Assembly (NCBI GenBank): GCA_918797485.1
Contig: CAKKNE010000002.1
Span: 5,084,001-5,148,000, forward strand
Reading direction: 5' to 3'
Source of the DNA: Pelagomonas calceolata
Lineage: Eukaryota
Length of the DNA: 64,000 bases
Shown: in pieces, positions 31,229 to 41,027 of the stretch
Layout of the letters: the number at the start of each line of letters is the position of its first letter
How positions within the stretch are numbered: position 1 is the first letter of the stretch
Translations under genes and position numbers: made by a program
Notes under the pieces: model-generated
Told to the model about the DNA's origin: nothing
Databases searched by the model: none
The model's input: the letters and a program-made list of their open reading frames with translations, nothing else

Positions 31229-31442
31229 GTCTATCGCGCCCCGCGGGCGGCGATGCGCCGCAGAGCGTGTTGGCGCGTCCAGCGCTGCTGAGTGTCAGGC
31301 CCACAGATCGCAGCGCTGCGAAGCTCCTCAAAAACTACCAGCGCAGCGCAGCGATGCGATCGTCAGGATCGTCAGGACGGCCCGACAGGTCGCTAGCGAG
31401 GCGCAAAAGGCGCAAGACGACTTGCTTGTTTGCTAGGCATCC

Positions 31443-31464
31443 CTAGTGTCTTACAGGCCGCTAG
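31443..31464 (+). promoter_or_regulatory. CTAG-bipartite motif copy (CTAGTGTCTTACAGGCCGCTAG)
   Basis: About 215 bp upstream of the ankyrin ATG; identical to 38148-38169. Confidence 0.7.
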
Positions 31465-31520
31465 CGCGCGGATTTCCTCACGACCTGTCAAAACCCGGAT
31501 AATTAACCCTGAACTACGTA

Positions 31521-32732
31521 TTACACCCCCGCAGAAGAATCCCCCGCCCGCGATACGTGCTTCCGCCGCGACCGCGGCCCCGTATCCAAGGAACTCCGCC
31601 ACGCGGGCTGGCGGCCCTGGTCCGACCGCGCGCGCGTCCGCGACCGCGTCGTCGACGGCACGTCCTTGGAACCGAAGAAGGGCCGCGGCGTCCGGGCCTT
31701 GCCCCCATACACGATCGCGTCCGTCCTATTTATGGTCGACAGCAACCGGTCGCGGTCGCGGCGCTGCCGCGACTGCGCTCCTCTCAATAGTTCGACCTCG
31801 TCGTGGGCGATATCCAGCTGCTGCTGCAACCGCACGGCGCGCATCTCGTGGGCGTCACTGGCCGCCTCGGCTTTCCGCCGCCGCGTCGCCTCGATCTTCA
31901 CGCGCTCCTCGAGGGCCTCGGCCCGGCCTTCGAGCCGCGCGCACTGCTTCTGCAACCGCCTCAGCTCGTCAAGCTGGCCCTTCTGCGACAACCTACTATG
32001 CTCGGAGGCCTCGTAGCGCTCGCGCCACTTTTGCGTCTCCGTCTTCTGCTTCGCGACGGCCTCGCTGGCCTTCAGCCGCTCCTGGGACCGCGCTTCGACG
32101 TCGCCGGCGCGCTGGAGCGCCAGGGCCGCCAGGTCCTCGCGGACGGCGGCGACCTGCGTCCGCGCGGCGGCCTCGGCCGCGACGGCCCGGCGCGTCCGAT
32201 CCTCCGCTGTTTCAGCTCGTGCCAGCTCCACGGCGTCCGTCGTATCGACCGCGAGGGTGTCCTCGACCACTTCCGGGTCCTGCTGGCGCGCAACGGCGGT
32301 CGACGGCGCGGGCGGCGGCGACGCCGACCGCTTCGACTCATCCTCGGGCTCGTCCTCGGGCGTCTCCTCGGCCTCGGACACGGTCCGGCGTTGTGGAGGA
32401 GGCGGCGGCGGCGCCTCCGGCTCCAACTCCTCCAAAGCCTCCTCGCCCGCCGCCCGCCGCTTGATGGCTTTCACCCACTCCTCCGCCGCCGCGGCGCTCT
32501 CCGCAATATAAGACTCGGCGCCGCCGCCCACCGTGTCCACGTCGAAGCCACAGGGGCCGGGGTCGCCGGCGTCCGCCGCGCGCCACGCCCGCGCGTCCAC
32601 AATGACATTCCAAGACTTCAGGTCCTTCGCGGCGACGATGCCGTCCGCACTTAACCCGAAGCTCACCGGCGTCCACCTCCACAGCCCCTCTCCATCGAGC
32701 TCGCGCCGCTTGACGGTGCCGGGGAGCTCCAT
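31521..32732 (-). CDS. PH-domain plus coiled-coil protein
   Basis: GTVKRR..LWRWTPV...YIAESAAAAEEWVKAI followed by a long heptad-rich region. Confidence 0.7.
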   Translation of the reverse strand: MELPGTVKRRELDGEGLWRWTPVSFGLSADGIVAAKDLKSWNVIVDARAWRAADAGDPGPCGFDVDTVGGGAESYIAESAAAAEEWVKAIKRRAAGEEALEELEPEAPPPPPPQRRTVSEAEETPEDEPEDESKRSASPPPAPSTAVARQQDPEVVEDTLAVDTTDAVELARAETAEDRTRRAVAAEAAARTQVAAVREDLAALALQRAGDVEARSQERLKASEAVAKQKTETQKWRERYEASEHSRLSQKGQLDELRRLQKQCARLEGRAEALEERVKIEATRRRKAEAASDAHEMRAVRLQQQLDIAHDEVELLRGAQSRQRRDRDRLLSTINRTDAIVYGGKARTPRPFFGSKDVPSTTRSRTRARSDQGRQPAWRSSLDTGPRSRRKHVSRAGDSSAGV

Positions 32733-33085
32733 GATGTAGCGTGGGGGCAGCGCGCCGACGGCGGGGGCTGCGCGGTGCACGAACCGCGTCTGTTTCCGGC
32801 CGCGCGCCGACGGCGTCGGACAAACCGCGTTTGTTTCGTGTTGTTGGCACTGGCTCAACCGATTCGTGCGGGGTCCGCATACGAAAGCGGACGCGTCCAA
32901 GACGCACGCACTGGACGCCTGGCACGTGTGAGAGAGGACGCGTGACAGGGCGCGACTGTTCCTAAAAATCCTGGAGCGTTTCCTTGCGCTAGATAACTTT
33001 TGCGGCGGCGCTTTGGTTGCTGTTCAGAGCACAGCCATCAGCGCTCGCGTCTGTGCAGTTGCCGCTGTGCATTGAGAAGGCATTG

Positions 33086-34066
33086 ATGCCGCGCGGCACC
33101 GGCCTCCGCATGCTGGCCGCACTCGGCGCCGCGCGAGCATTGGTGCTGCCGCGGCGATGCGCCGCGCGCAGCCTAGTACGATGCGCCGCCACGGACACGG
33201 AACGCGGCGCCCCGAAGCTCCCCAAAGGACAATTTCGGCCGAAGCAGTCGCTCGGCCAGAACTACCTCCAAGACCCGAACTACGCGGCGCGCATCGTCGA
33301 CGCGTTGCAATGTGATTCCGAAAGAGGCAAGCGTGTCGTGGAATTGGGTCCTGGACTCGGCGCATTGACGAAGTTACTGTCCAGAGAGTACCCGGAAATG
33401 GTGGCCGTAGAACTCGATGAAAGAGCTATACCCCTACTGCGAGAGAGGTACCCTGAACCTATTACTATCTTGGAAGGCGATGTATTGGCCGTGGACTACT
33501 CAGCCTTATCTGCAGCCAGAGGTGGCAAACTGTCTATAATAGGCAACCTACCTTACTATATTACCTCACAAATATTGTTCTGCCTGTGCGACCACCACGC
33601 CTCCGTAAAAAAAGCCGTAGTGACGATGCAGTGGGAGGTCGCGCAGAGATTGGTGGCCAAGCCGCGGACGCGAGACTACGGTATCCTATCCGTGGTCTTC
33701 CAACTCTACGCTTCACCAAAAATAACGTGCAAAATCCCGAACACGGCCTTTTATCCCGTGCCGAAGGTCACGTCGGCGCTCGTGACCGTCGACTTTCCCG
33801 AGGATCGGGAATTGTTCCCCGTGCAGCCCGCGAAACTACGCACCGTTCTGAACACGGCGTTCAGGCAAAGGCGCAAGATGCTGCGCCAGTCGCTCAAAAG
33901 TATCTTGAACGGGAAGCCGTGTCCCGAGGAATTCGCTACCAAAAGACCGGAGGAGCTGAAGCCCGAGGAGTTCCTCGAGTTGACGGCGCTCATCTTCGGG
34001 CGCGATCCCGAAACGCCGGACTCGTCCGGCGAGGCCGTCTGGCGGACGCAGAAGCTGCGGGAGTAA
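33086..34066 (+). CDS. ksgA: rRNA adenine N6-dimethyltransferase (KsgA/RsmA/Dim1 family), organellar type
   Basis: PKQSLGQNYL, VVELGPGLGALT, IIGNLPYYITS, MQWEVAQRL, AFRQRRKML. Confidence 0.93.
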   Translation: MPRGTGLRMLAALGAARALVLPRRCAARSLVRCAATDTERGAPKLPKGQFRPKQSLGQNYLQDPNYAARIVDALQCDSERGKRVVELGPGLGALTKLLSREYPEMVAVELDERAIPLLRERYPEPITILEGDVLAVDYSALSAARGGKLSIIGNLPYYITSQILFCLCDHHASVKKAVVTMQWEVAQRLVAKPRTRDYGILSVVFQLYASPKITCKIPNTAFYPVPKVTSALVTVDFPEDRELFPVQPAKLRTVLNTAFRQRRKMLRQSLKSILNGKPCPEEFATKRPEELKPEEFLELTALIFGRDPETPDSSGEAVWRTQKLRE

Positions 34067-34229
34067 TACTGTTGTGCATCCTTCTCAAGCCCTCGTCGAC
34101 GGCGTGAGGGAGGCGATCGCGTCTGTCAAATCGGGTTTTTCACGCAGCAAGGCAGCATTTGGCTCAGCTATAGCTCCTTTAGTAGCACTGGATGATCACC
34201 AACTCAGCTGACTAGGTTTTTAACGCCCA

Positions 34230-35087
34230 ATGTCATCAATTCATGAGTCAATTTATGAGCCAAGCCCAATTATTGAAGCCATAGAAAATGGCCTTGACCT
34301 AGACGCCATCAAAGCGCTCCTCGCGGCGGGATACAACGTCAACTATTCGAGCCATATTTATGGGAGGCCGCTGATGACGGCGTGCTCGCATGGCTCGCTG
34401 TCAGAGCGGCTGTCTGTAGTGGAATTGCTTTTGAGACACGGCGCCGACCCCAACAAGGGCATTAGCGGAGGATTGTATGATTACATAACGCCATTGGCGC
34501 GGTGTTGTGGTGGGAGGTGGGGTTTCACGAAAGAAGATGTGGTCCAATTGTGTGATTTGCTCATCAGTTACGGCGCCTTCCTCGACTCCACGGACGGCGA
34601 TGATAACGAGCGCGGCGGCCGGAGTCCCCTTATGGTCGCGTCTAATAATGGTAACCTTGATCTGATGCGACTGTTGCTTGACCGTGGAGCGGGCGTGGAC
34701 TGGTCGCCTCACCCTCGCTGGTCGAGACACCCTCGCCCGACGGTGTTGACGGAGTTGTGCAAAACTCATGCTGAAGGAGTTGTGGGAGTCAAACCCGCCG
34801 TCGCGCAGCTGCTCATCAGCCGCGGTGCCGAAGTTGACAATGAAACTGGCCGTTGGACGCCGTTGAAATACGCGCAAAAACATAGGAGAACCTATCCCGA
34901 GTCGGACCTGTATGCGCTGTTCGACCCCCTCCCACCTCCGCCGCGCGTACGCCTCCGCACGCACTGGCGGCTTCGGATCCTGTTCCACGTCGTCGGTCGG
35001 CGCGCCTGCCATCCGCGCTCGAAGCGCCACGAACTCGGCCAATGGCGCATCTCCGACGTCGCGGCGTTCCTGCTACCGCGGGAGTAA
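34230..35087 (+). CDS. Ankyrin-repeat protein
   Basis: VVELLLRHGADPN, SPLMVASNNGNLDLMRLLLDRGAGVD, LLISRGAEVD. Confidence 0.85.
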   Translation: MSSIHESIYEPSPIIEAIENGLDLDAIKALLAAGYNVNYSSHIYGRPLMTACSHGSLSERLSVVELLLRHGADPNKGISGGLYDYITPLARCCGGRWGFTKEDVVQLCDLLISYGAFLDSTDGDDNERGGRSPLMVASNNGNLDLMRLLLDRGAGVDWSPHPRWSRHPRPTVLTELCKTHAEGVVGVKPAVAQLLISRGAEVDNETGRWTPLKYAQKHRRTYPESDLYALFDPLPPPPRVRLRTHWRLRILFHVVGRRACHPRSKRHELGQWRISDVAAFLLPRE

Positions 35088-35111
35088 AAAGGTTGTCTAT
35101 GCACACTTACA

Positions 35112-37862
35112 CTACTGGAAGAACTGCACCTTCTCCGCCCCCGACTCGCGAATCAGAATGACGCGCCGCAGGCCCTCGATCAGGCGATCCACGGAGACCA
35201 TCCATTCTTGGGGAGGCTGCTCGCGTTTCTGTGGGGGGAGGCGGATCAGCACGAGTTCGCTCGACCCCGAGTGCTCCTTCAGCAGCACCGTGAGCTTCGT
35301 CTTGCCCGTCGAGTCGATGCGCCGCATGGGCGACGGCGGCGAGACCGGCGTGGGCGGCTCCGGGGGCAGTGGCTGGCTGGAAAACTCCTCGCTCAAAATA
35401 AATTCTTCTTCCGCAGTTAACGAGGACCCGCGCGTGAGCTTTGCGCGCGTCCGCACGGACGGCTGCCTCGTAGGTGTTAGTAGGGAATCGTCCCGGGCGA
35501 AGCGCGGGGCGTCTTCCTCGCCCAGGCGCAGCACGAGCACCTTCGCCAGCACGCCGCCCGCCTTGAGCATGGACTTGACGGCCTCCTCCAGCTTCCCGTC
35601 GTCCTCCTTCCCCGCGTCCGTCCGCGGCGACACGATGATGAGCCGCAGCTCGCAGTGCTTCCACTTGTCGTCCCGTAACAGCAAGAACGGGATCAGTAGC
35701 AATAACCCCGCCGCGGGGAACAAATCAAAAACCATCCACACGTCGACTCTGCCTCTTAAAGGTGGGTCCTTGGCGCCGGGGAAATCGCGATCCCCCGCGA
35801 AGACGAGCAAGGTCTTCAGCATCGCCGTCGTGTCGTCCATGGTCCGCAGGAAACCTCGGGCGTCCCTCTTATTATTATCCGTGGGCCAGCCCAGCGCCAC
35901 GGTGTTCGGCCGGAAATACCCGAGGCCCTTCGCTTGGAGGAGGAGTTTGCGCCCTTCTTCGTGCGACGGCGCGACCACCACGTCCGCGAAGCCCTGGACG
36001 CCCCGATCTCGTAATAAAGCACGGAGCCGCCGCCGCGCCTTCCGCGCCTTCCTTAGGGAAGGTTCCGCGACCTCGTCGACGACCACTCCATTCACCAAAG
36101 CTAAACCTTTGCCCCGCCGCACGAGCTGCGCCAACGCGTCCAACATGCCCCGCTGCCGCACGTAATTCGCATCGCCATCGATGGCGCATAAAAATAAAAC
36201 GAAGGGCCGCCAGTACTTGAACTGGAGGTCGCCCTCCTCCAATGCCAACATCGCCGTCCGCGCCGTCTTGAACCTTGATCCTGAACGCCAGTCCGACGGC
36301 CCCGTCCGGTGCGCCGGCGACACGCACATCGTCTCCGTCTCCGAGTCGGACCCTTTATCCGTGTTGCTCGGGCTCTCGGGCTCGCGCTCGAAGATGGGGA
36401 GCTCGGACTCCCCATGTGCTGTATGGGCTGACGCTCCGGGCTGCGTTTCTATATATTTATATAATAAGCCGGCCGCAGCTAACGCGCCCAACGCTGAGAG
36501 AGGCTGCGTATAAAACATGATGAAGAAACACACGCAGCAGCCCACCAACGACACCTGCCACTTGAAGAGGCGGTACGTCGGCCGGAAGCTGGGATGTTTC
36601 TCGTATCCCAGATAGGCGCAGGCGATGTTTATGATCGCGTAGCACGTCAGGAACCAGAGCGTGATGAACGGCGCTACCGCATTCAGGTCCCCGACCATGA
36701 CGAGACACATCGATAAAGAGGCGCAAAACAATATGGCCTTGCGCGGTTCTGCGCCATCCGAGGGCGCGAAGTGCCTCAGGATAGGTACGAGGTCGTCCTT
36801 GCCCAGCGCTGCCAGTAAGCGAGGCGCTCCGGCTAAGGACTGGAGGCCCGCGCCTAACGTCGAGAGCAAGACGCCGACCACCACAATCATCTCGTGCGGC
36901 CAGGCCAGATCTTTCACCACGAAGCGCGGCACGCGCGGGAAGTCGTCCAGAGGGAACTCGATCAACGCATCTCTTCGCACGGCGCCGCCCGCCACGACCA
37001 CGACTTGGATCGAGAACACGATCGTCGTCACAATAACCGCGGCGATGGTGCCCGGCGGGATCGACGCTTGCGGGTCCTTCAAATCGCCCGACAAATTGGA
37101 GCCCGCGAGGGGGTCGGTCACCGCGGGAAAAAACAACGCCAGGCACGCCTTGAAGGACCACTCGACGCCCGCCTTTTCTTTGTACTCCGACATGAGGTTT
37201 CTCCGCATGTTCTCTCCGGACACTCCCACAATACCTTGGCGCGGCTTCCCGTCGCCCACGCTATGCACTATTACTCCAGCCCAGATCGCGGCCACAGCCA
37301 ATAACACTCCAAACAGGAACAACACGGCAAAGCGCGCGACGTACTCGACGCCCACGAAGACGATGACCGCCAGGCCCGTTAATATAATAGCACCCAACAC
37401 GCGCATCGGCAGGTCCCCGAACGTCGCCGGGAAGCTCAGCTGCAGCACCTCGACGCAGCCGAGGACGTACATGGCCACGCCAAAGGTGTTGCTGAGGAAG
37501 AGCAAGGCACCCGTCACGCCGCCGAACTGCGCGCCGAGCGAGTTCTTGACCATGGCGTAGCAGCCCCCGGACCGGGGCCGGCCGTTCGTCGCGACCGCGG
37601 ACATGGACACCGCCGTCAGCAACGCCGTGGCGCACGACAGCCAGATGATACCCAGTCCTTCCAAAATGCCCGCCTGCCCGACGATGAACGGCACGCGCAC
37701 GAACAGGATGATGCCCATGATGTTCTGGAGCGTCGGCACGAAGACGCCCTTGACCGTGCCGAGCTTCGTGGCCGCGGGCGCCGCGGCCTCCTGGCGCCGC
37801 GACTCGGCCTCGAAGACGATGCTGTCGACGTCGGTCTTGCGGACCCGCGGCGTCGCGAGCAT
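35112..37862 (-). CDS. SLC12 cation-chloride cotransporter (KCC/CCC-like)
   Basis: KLGTVKGVFVPTLQNIMGIILFVR, SMSAVATNG, FFPAVTDPLAGSNLSGDLKDPQASIPPGT, LQSLAGAPRLL, GLGYFRPNTV; start placed at ATG 37862. Confidence 0.93.
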   Translation of the reverse strand: MLATPRVRKTDVDSIVFEAESRRQEAAAPAATKLGTVKGVFVPTLQNIMGIILFVRVPFIVGQAGILEGLGIIWLSCATALLTAVSMSAVATNGRPRSGGCYAMVKNSLGAQFGGVTGALLFLSNTFGVAMYVLGCVEVLQLSFPATFGDLPMRVLGAIILTGLAVIVFVGVEYVARFAVLFLFGVLLAVAAIWAGVIVHSVGDGKPRQGIVGVSGENMRRNLMSEYKEKAGVEWSFKACLALFFPAVTDPLAGSNLSGDLKDPQASIPPGTIAAVIVTTIVFSIQVVVVAGGAVRRDALIEFPLDDFPRVPRFVVKDLAWPHEMIVVVGVLLSTLGAGLQSLAGAPRLLAALGKDDLVPILRHFAPSDGAEPRKAILFCASLSMCLVMVGDLNAVAPFITLWFLTCYAIINIACAYLGYEKHPSFRPTYRLFKWQVSLVGCCVCFFIMFYTQPLSALGALAAAGLLYKYIETQPGASAHTAHGESELPIFEREPESPSNTDKGSDSETETMCVSPAHRTGPSDWRSGSRFKTARTAMLALEEGDLQFKYWRPFVLFLCAIDGDANYVRQRGMLDALAQLVRRGKGLALVNGVVVDEVAEPSLRKARKARRRLRALLRDRGVQGFADVVVAPSHEEGRKLLLQAKGLGYFRPNTVALGWPTDNNKRDARGFLRTMDDTTAMLKTLLVFAGDRDFPGAKDPPLRGRVDVWMVFDLFPAAGLLLLIPFLLLRDDKWKHCELRLIIVSPRTDAGKEDDGKLEEAVKSMLKAGGVLAKVLVLRLGEEDAPRFARDDSLLTPTRQPSVRTRAKLTRGSSLTAEEEFILSEEFSSQPLPPEPPTPVSPPSPMRRIDSTGKTKLTVLLKEHSGSSELVLIRLPPQKREQPPQEWMVSVDRLIEGLRRVILIRESGAEKVQFFQ

Positions 37863-37873
37863 CTTCCGCAGCC

Positions 37874-37918
37874 TGTCTATGTACAGTGGGGCTGCTTGTC
37901 TATGTACAGTGGGGCTGC
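37874..37918. repeat. Tandem duplication TGTCTATGTACAGTGGGGCTGC x2 (period 23)
   Basis: Just upstream of the SLC12 ATG; non-triplet period suggests 5' UTR. Confidence 0.85.
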
Positions 37919-38147
37919 CCGTATCGGTGATGGTGGAGTCCGCCTCGCCGGCGCGACGCACGGCTGCACAACTGCGTCCTCTCCACGGCTCGCGGAACGC
38001 TTCGCGGATGGCAACCGGAGAGAGGAGTCCTGGCATCAAAACACCTCCGGACTGTGCCGCGCCCCCGCGACCGATCAAGGTCCGTCCGAGGGGCTCCGAG
38101 GCTTCGCGGGGAACGGTAGTATCACCCGAACCCCTCCTGCTTGCTTG

Positions 38148-38169
38148 CTAGTGTCTTACAGGCCGCTAG
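38148..38169 (+). promoter_or_regulatory. CTAG-bipartite motif copy (CTAGTGTCTTACAGGCCGCTAG)
   Basis: Between divergent SLC12 and hydrolase genes. Confidence 0.7.
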
Positions 38170-38380
38170 CTCTCGCTCGCCTCGATCGATTTTTTTTTGC
38201 CTTGATTGCGCGGCGGCGCACCTGAAAATAATCAATCTTACGCCAGCCATCGCTGTCGGCAAGTGCGCGCGATCTCTATCCCTGCCGAGCTCCAGAGCCT
38301 CTGCTGAGTGGCTGGCCTACAGCGCAGCCCATCCCTAGTGACCGCATCCGTCGCGCACGCCCCCCCAGGGAAGGCGAATC

Positions 38381-39766
38381 ATGGCCGAGGCGCTGCGCGC
38401 CGCCGGCTTCCCGCTCCTCGCATCAAAGTTGTCCGGCGAATCCATCGAGGAGGACCGCAGCGAGGCCAATCCAACAAATTGGGGCCCCGACGACGCGCGC
38501 ATCATCTTCACGGCCTACTTCGAAGGCACGGCGAACGTCGTGGAGCGAAGGACGACGCAGATTGGGTTGTTTCACGAATTGGATCGAGGCATCGATGTTG
38601 GTAGCGATGCGACGTCGGCGGCGCAGGCGGCGCGGACCGCGCGCGAGAACGGGCGGCGCTCGAAGCCGCTGCGGTTCAAGATGGGTGTTGATGGCTGCGG
38701 CCACGAGCACGGGTTGGCCGGTGTTGTGTTCGCGTTCGGGCTGCGAGGCCAGTGCGAACGTCTAGCGGCGTGCGTGCGAGCGGTACGAGGCGTGCTGGGC
38801 GAGCCGAAGACGCAGCTCAACATTGTTGGTTTGAGTCGGGGCGCCGTCGCGGCTTTGGCCGTCGCGGAGATGCTCGGCGCGACGCCACAGCTGTTCGTGG
38901 GCGAGAGCGCCGAGCTGCCTTCACTCAATTCGCAGAATTCGAGTGACGACGGCGCCTCGACGCCGCCCTCGTCGTCCGGAAGCCTGAACATCCTCGCGGA
39001 CTCGCCACGGATACCCGACTCGGACCCCCGACCTAGGGCCGAGTCCATTACTGATGCCGTGCATTACCCATCTCCATCGATAAATGAGGAGGAGGTAAAG
39101 GCCGACCCGCGATCATTATCAAGGCGCACTTTGAGGTTACATTTGTTACTTTTTGATCCGGTACCCGGGAATCAAGTATATACGACGCGGTACCTGGACC
39201 CCTTGAATTGGTCTACTGGTAACCAGGCCATGGACGTGTCCTCGTGTTCTGAACTCAGAAGGGTGCTCGCCATCTACCCCTATGAACCTTTACCGGCGAT
39301 TACTTTCCATGCGCCTCTCATTCCCACTTATCCTTCTTCAGCTTCTGTTGATGAGATCGCATCTTTAGGATGCCACCAGGGCGCCTTGCTCTGCGCCCCG
39401 AATCGGATTTCTTGTAGACTGTCCTACGCCATGCTGCGGTCCTTCCTGGCGAACGAGTGCGGTGTGAAGTTGCGGGGCTGCCGGCCCTTCGACGAGTCGT
39501 TAGCGACGCGGCAGGCGACGCTCCGAGTCCTGGAGATGTTACGGGCGGCGGCGGTCGACGATGCGGCAAAAGCGGGCACCTTCGACGGCACCTACGTGTC
39601 GCGCGCCGCGCATTCGCCAACGCCCGGCGCCGCCGTCGTGCGTCGTGCGACAGGACGCTACCTGAACGCCTTCCATCGGCGCCTGGCGACGCGCGAAGGG
39701 GCCTCAACAGACGTCGACGACGGCCGGCCGCTCTACGTCCTCGACGTCGTGCGCGGAGACGAATGA
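38381..39766 (+). CDS. Alpha/beta-hydrolase-like protein (DUF2235/Tle1-like motifs)
   Basis: YFEGTAN, NIVGLSRGAVAA nucleophile elbow, LLLFDPVPG, LGCHQG. Confidence 0.6.
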   Translation: MAEALRAAGFPLLASKLSGESIEEDRSEANPTNWGPDDARIIFTAYFEGTANVVERRTTQIGLFHELDRGIDVGSDATSAAQAARTARENGRRSKPLRFKMGVDGCGHEHGLAGVVFAFGLRGQCERLAACVRAVRGVLGEPKTQLNIVGLSRGAVAALAVAEMLGATPQLFVGESAELPSLNSQNSSDDGASTPPSSSGSLNILADSPRIPDSDPRPRAESITDAVHYPSPSINEEEVKADPRSLSRRTLRLHLLLFDPVPGNQVYTTRYLDPLNWSTGNQAMDVSSCSELRRVLAIYPYEPLPAITFHAPLIPTYPSSASVDEIASLGCHQGALLCAPNRISCRLSYAMLRSFLANECGVKLRGCRPFDESLATRQATLRVLEMLRAAAVDDAAKAGTFDGTYVSRAAHSPTPGAAVVRRATGRYLNAFHRRLATREGASTDVDDGRPLYVLDVVRGDE

Positions 39767-39797
39767 GGATGAATGAGGCCGCCCTCGCGAAACTTCC

Positions 39798-39861
39798 CTC
39801 GCGAGGCGCGTGGACTCTCCGACGGCCACGTCGACGCCATCGCAGCGACCAGGTCAAGTTC
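39798..39861 (-). repeat. Dispersed element homologous to the interior of intron 58290-58420
   Basis: rc GAACTTGAC..GGTC..CGTCGACGTGGCCGTCGGAGAGTCCACGCGCCTCGCGAG vs 58307-58400. Confidence 0.7.
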
Positions 39862-39872
39862 AAGTAACAGTT

Positions 39873-40598
39873 TTATTGTGCTAGTCTTGACCGTTTCGCG
39901 GGAGGCAGGTTGTCCTCGCGGGTACGCAGGCGCGCGCGGGGGCACCAGCACCGGTGCGCGACGTCCTCGACGTCCGCCGTGACCGTCACGACGCGCGCGC
40001 AGAAGGCGCACTCCACTTCCGTGGCCGAAGCAGCATCCCAGCCGCGCCGCGCTAAAGAGGAGGCGCCCTTCATACTTTCAGAATCGCGCACCGCGAACAG
40101 ATCCAGCGTCTCCAGGAGCTGCTGCTCCCGTTCCCGGACGCAGGCCGGGCTGTAGTCCCACACCGATGAAGGGACGGTGCAGCCCTTGCGCGCGCAGCCC
40201 TTTTTATGGGCCGCTTCCGCTTGGTCTACTGATGCGAAAGGGGGCGCGCCGGCGCCGCACTCCACGCACTTGAGTATTGTGACAATCTCAGTACTAATCA
40301 ATTCAAAACCCATCCGCGCGAGGAGTTCGGGCGGCGCGCCGTCGTCCGTCGGCAGGCGCCGCGACGTCGCAAAGCTGCGCAAGCGCTTCGCGCAGGCCCG
40401 CTTGCTGAAGGGCGCCGTCGTCGTCGGTTCCGGCTCGCGCTCGTTTGTCGCCTCGAGGTCCGGGTCCTCTATACTCTTTAATCGCGTGAGGATGTCCCGC
40501 GCGAGCGCGGCGGAGCGCTGGCTGCTCGCGCGGTGGTAGGTCGGGCGGTAGCGCTCTGGGCGTGCGGCGTCCGCATCGTTTGGGGGCGGAGCTTCCAT
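39873..40598 (-). CDS. C3HC zinc-finger protein (NIPA/ZC3HC1/Rsm1-like)
   Basis: KRLRSF..LARMGF..LKCVECGA..HKKGC and LARRGW..VECAFCAR..HRCWCP. Confidence 0.75.
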   Translation of the reverse strand: MEAPPPNDADAARPERYRPTYHRASSQRSAALARDILTRLKSIEDPDLEATNEREPEPTTTAPFSKRACAKRLRSFATSRRLPTDDGAPPELLARMGFELISTEIVTILKCVECGAGAPPFASVDQAEAAHKKGCARKGCTVPSSVWDYSPACVREREQQLLETLDLFAVRDSESMKGASSLARRGWDAASATEVECAFCARVVTVTADVEDVAHRCWCPRARLRTREDNLPPAKRSRLAQ

Positions 40599-40787
40599 TG
40601 GTAACGCGTTTACGCAACGTAGCGCAAGGCAGTCTAATAGGGCAGACAGTGGGCAGGCTGCTAGCGCCCCTCAATGGGTTCCGGCGGGCCGGGGACCGGA
40701 CTGGTGAGTGCGAAACTGTCTCCTCGCGCTGTGCTGCTTATCAGAGGAGCCGTACTGCGCAGTTTGCGGCTCCGGCAGGCCTGCTTG

Positions 40788-40809
40788 CTAGTGTCTTACA
40801 GAACGCTAG
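40788..40809 (+). promoter_or_regulatory. CTAG-bipartite motif copy (CTAGTGTCTTACAGAACGCTAG)
   Basis: Between divergent C3HC and GNAT genes. Confidence 0.7.
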
Positions 40810-41027
40810 CTCCTGCCGGGCGGCAACGCCTTTATCTCGTGGTGTGCTGGCGTTACGTACACGTTGAGCACCTCAGAGTCGCATCGGTGCTCGTCGCTAC
40901 CACCGCCAAATTTTCACGAGCGCTCGAACCGGGTCGGCGGAGTTAGGCTGCACAGTGTGCCCAGGTGGGCTTGCATCTACAGCGCGCGGAGCGCGCAAGC
41001 ATCTGTGCTGGCTGCATCAGTGCTAGG

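Noticed and set aside
34912..36165. 417-aa plus-strand ORF
   Set aside because: Antisense shadow of the SLC12 CDS; no motifs.
37863..38078. N-terminal extension of the SLC12 ORF
   Set aside because: Spans a 23-bp non-triplet duplication and has no homology signal; more likely 5' UTR.
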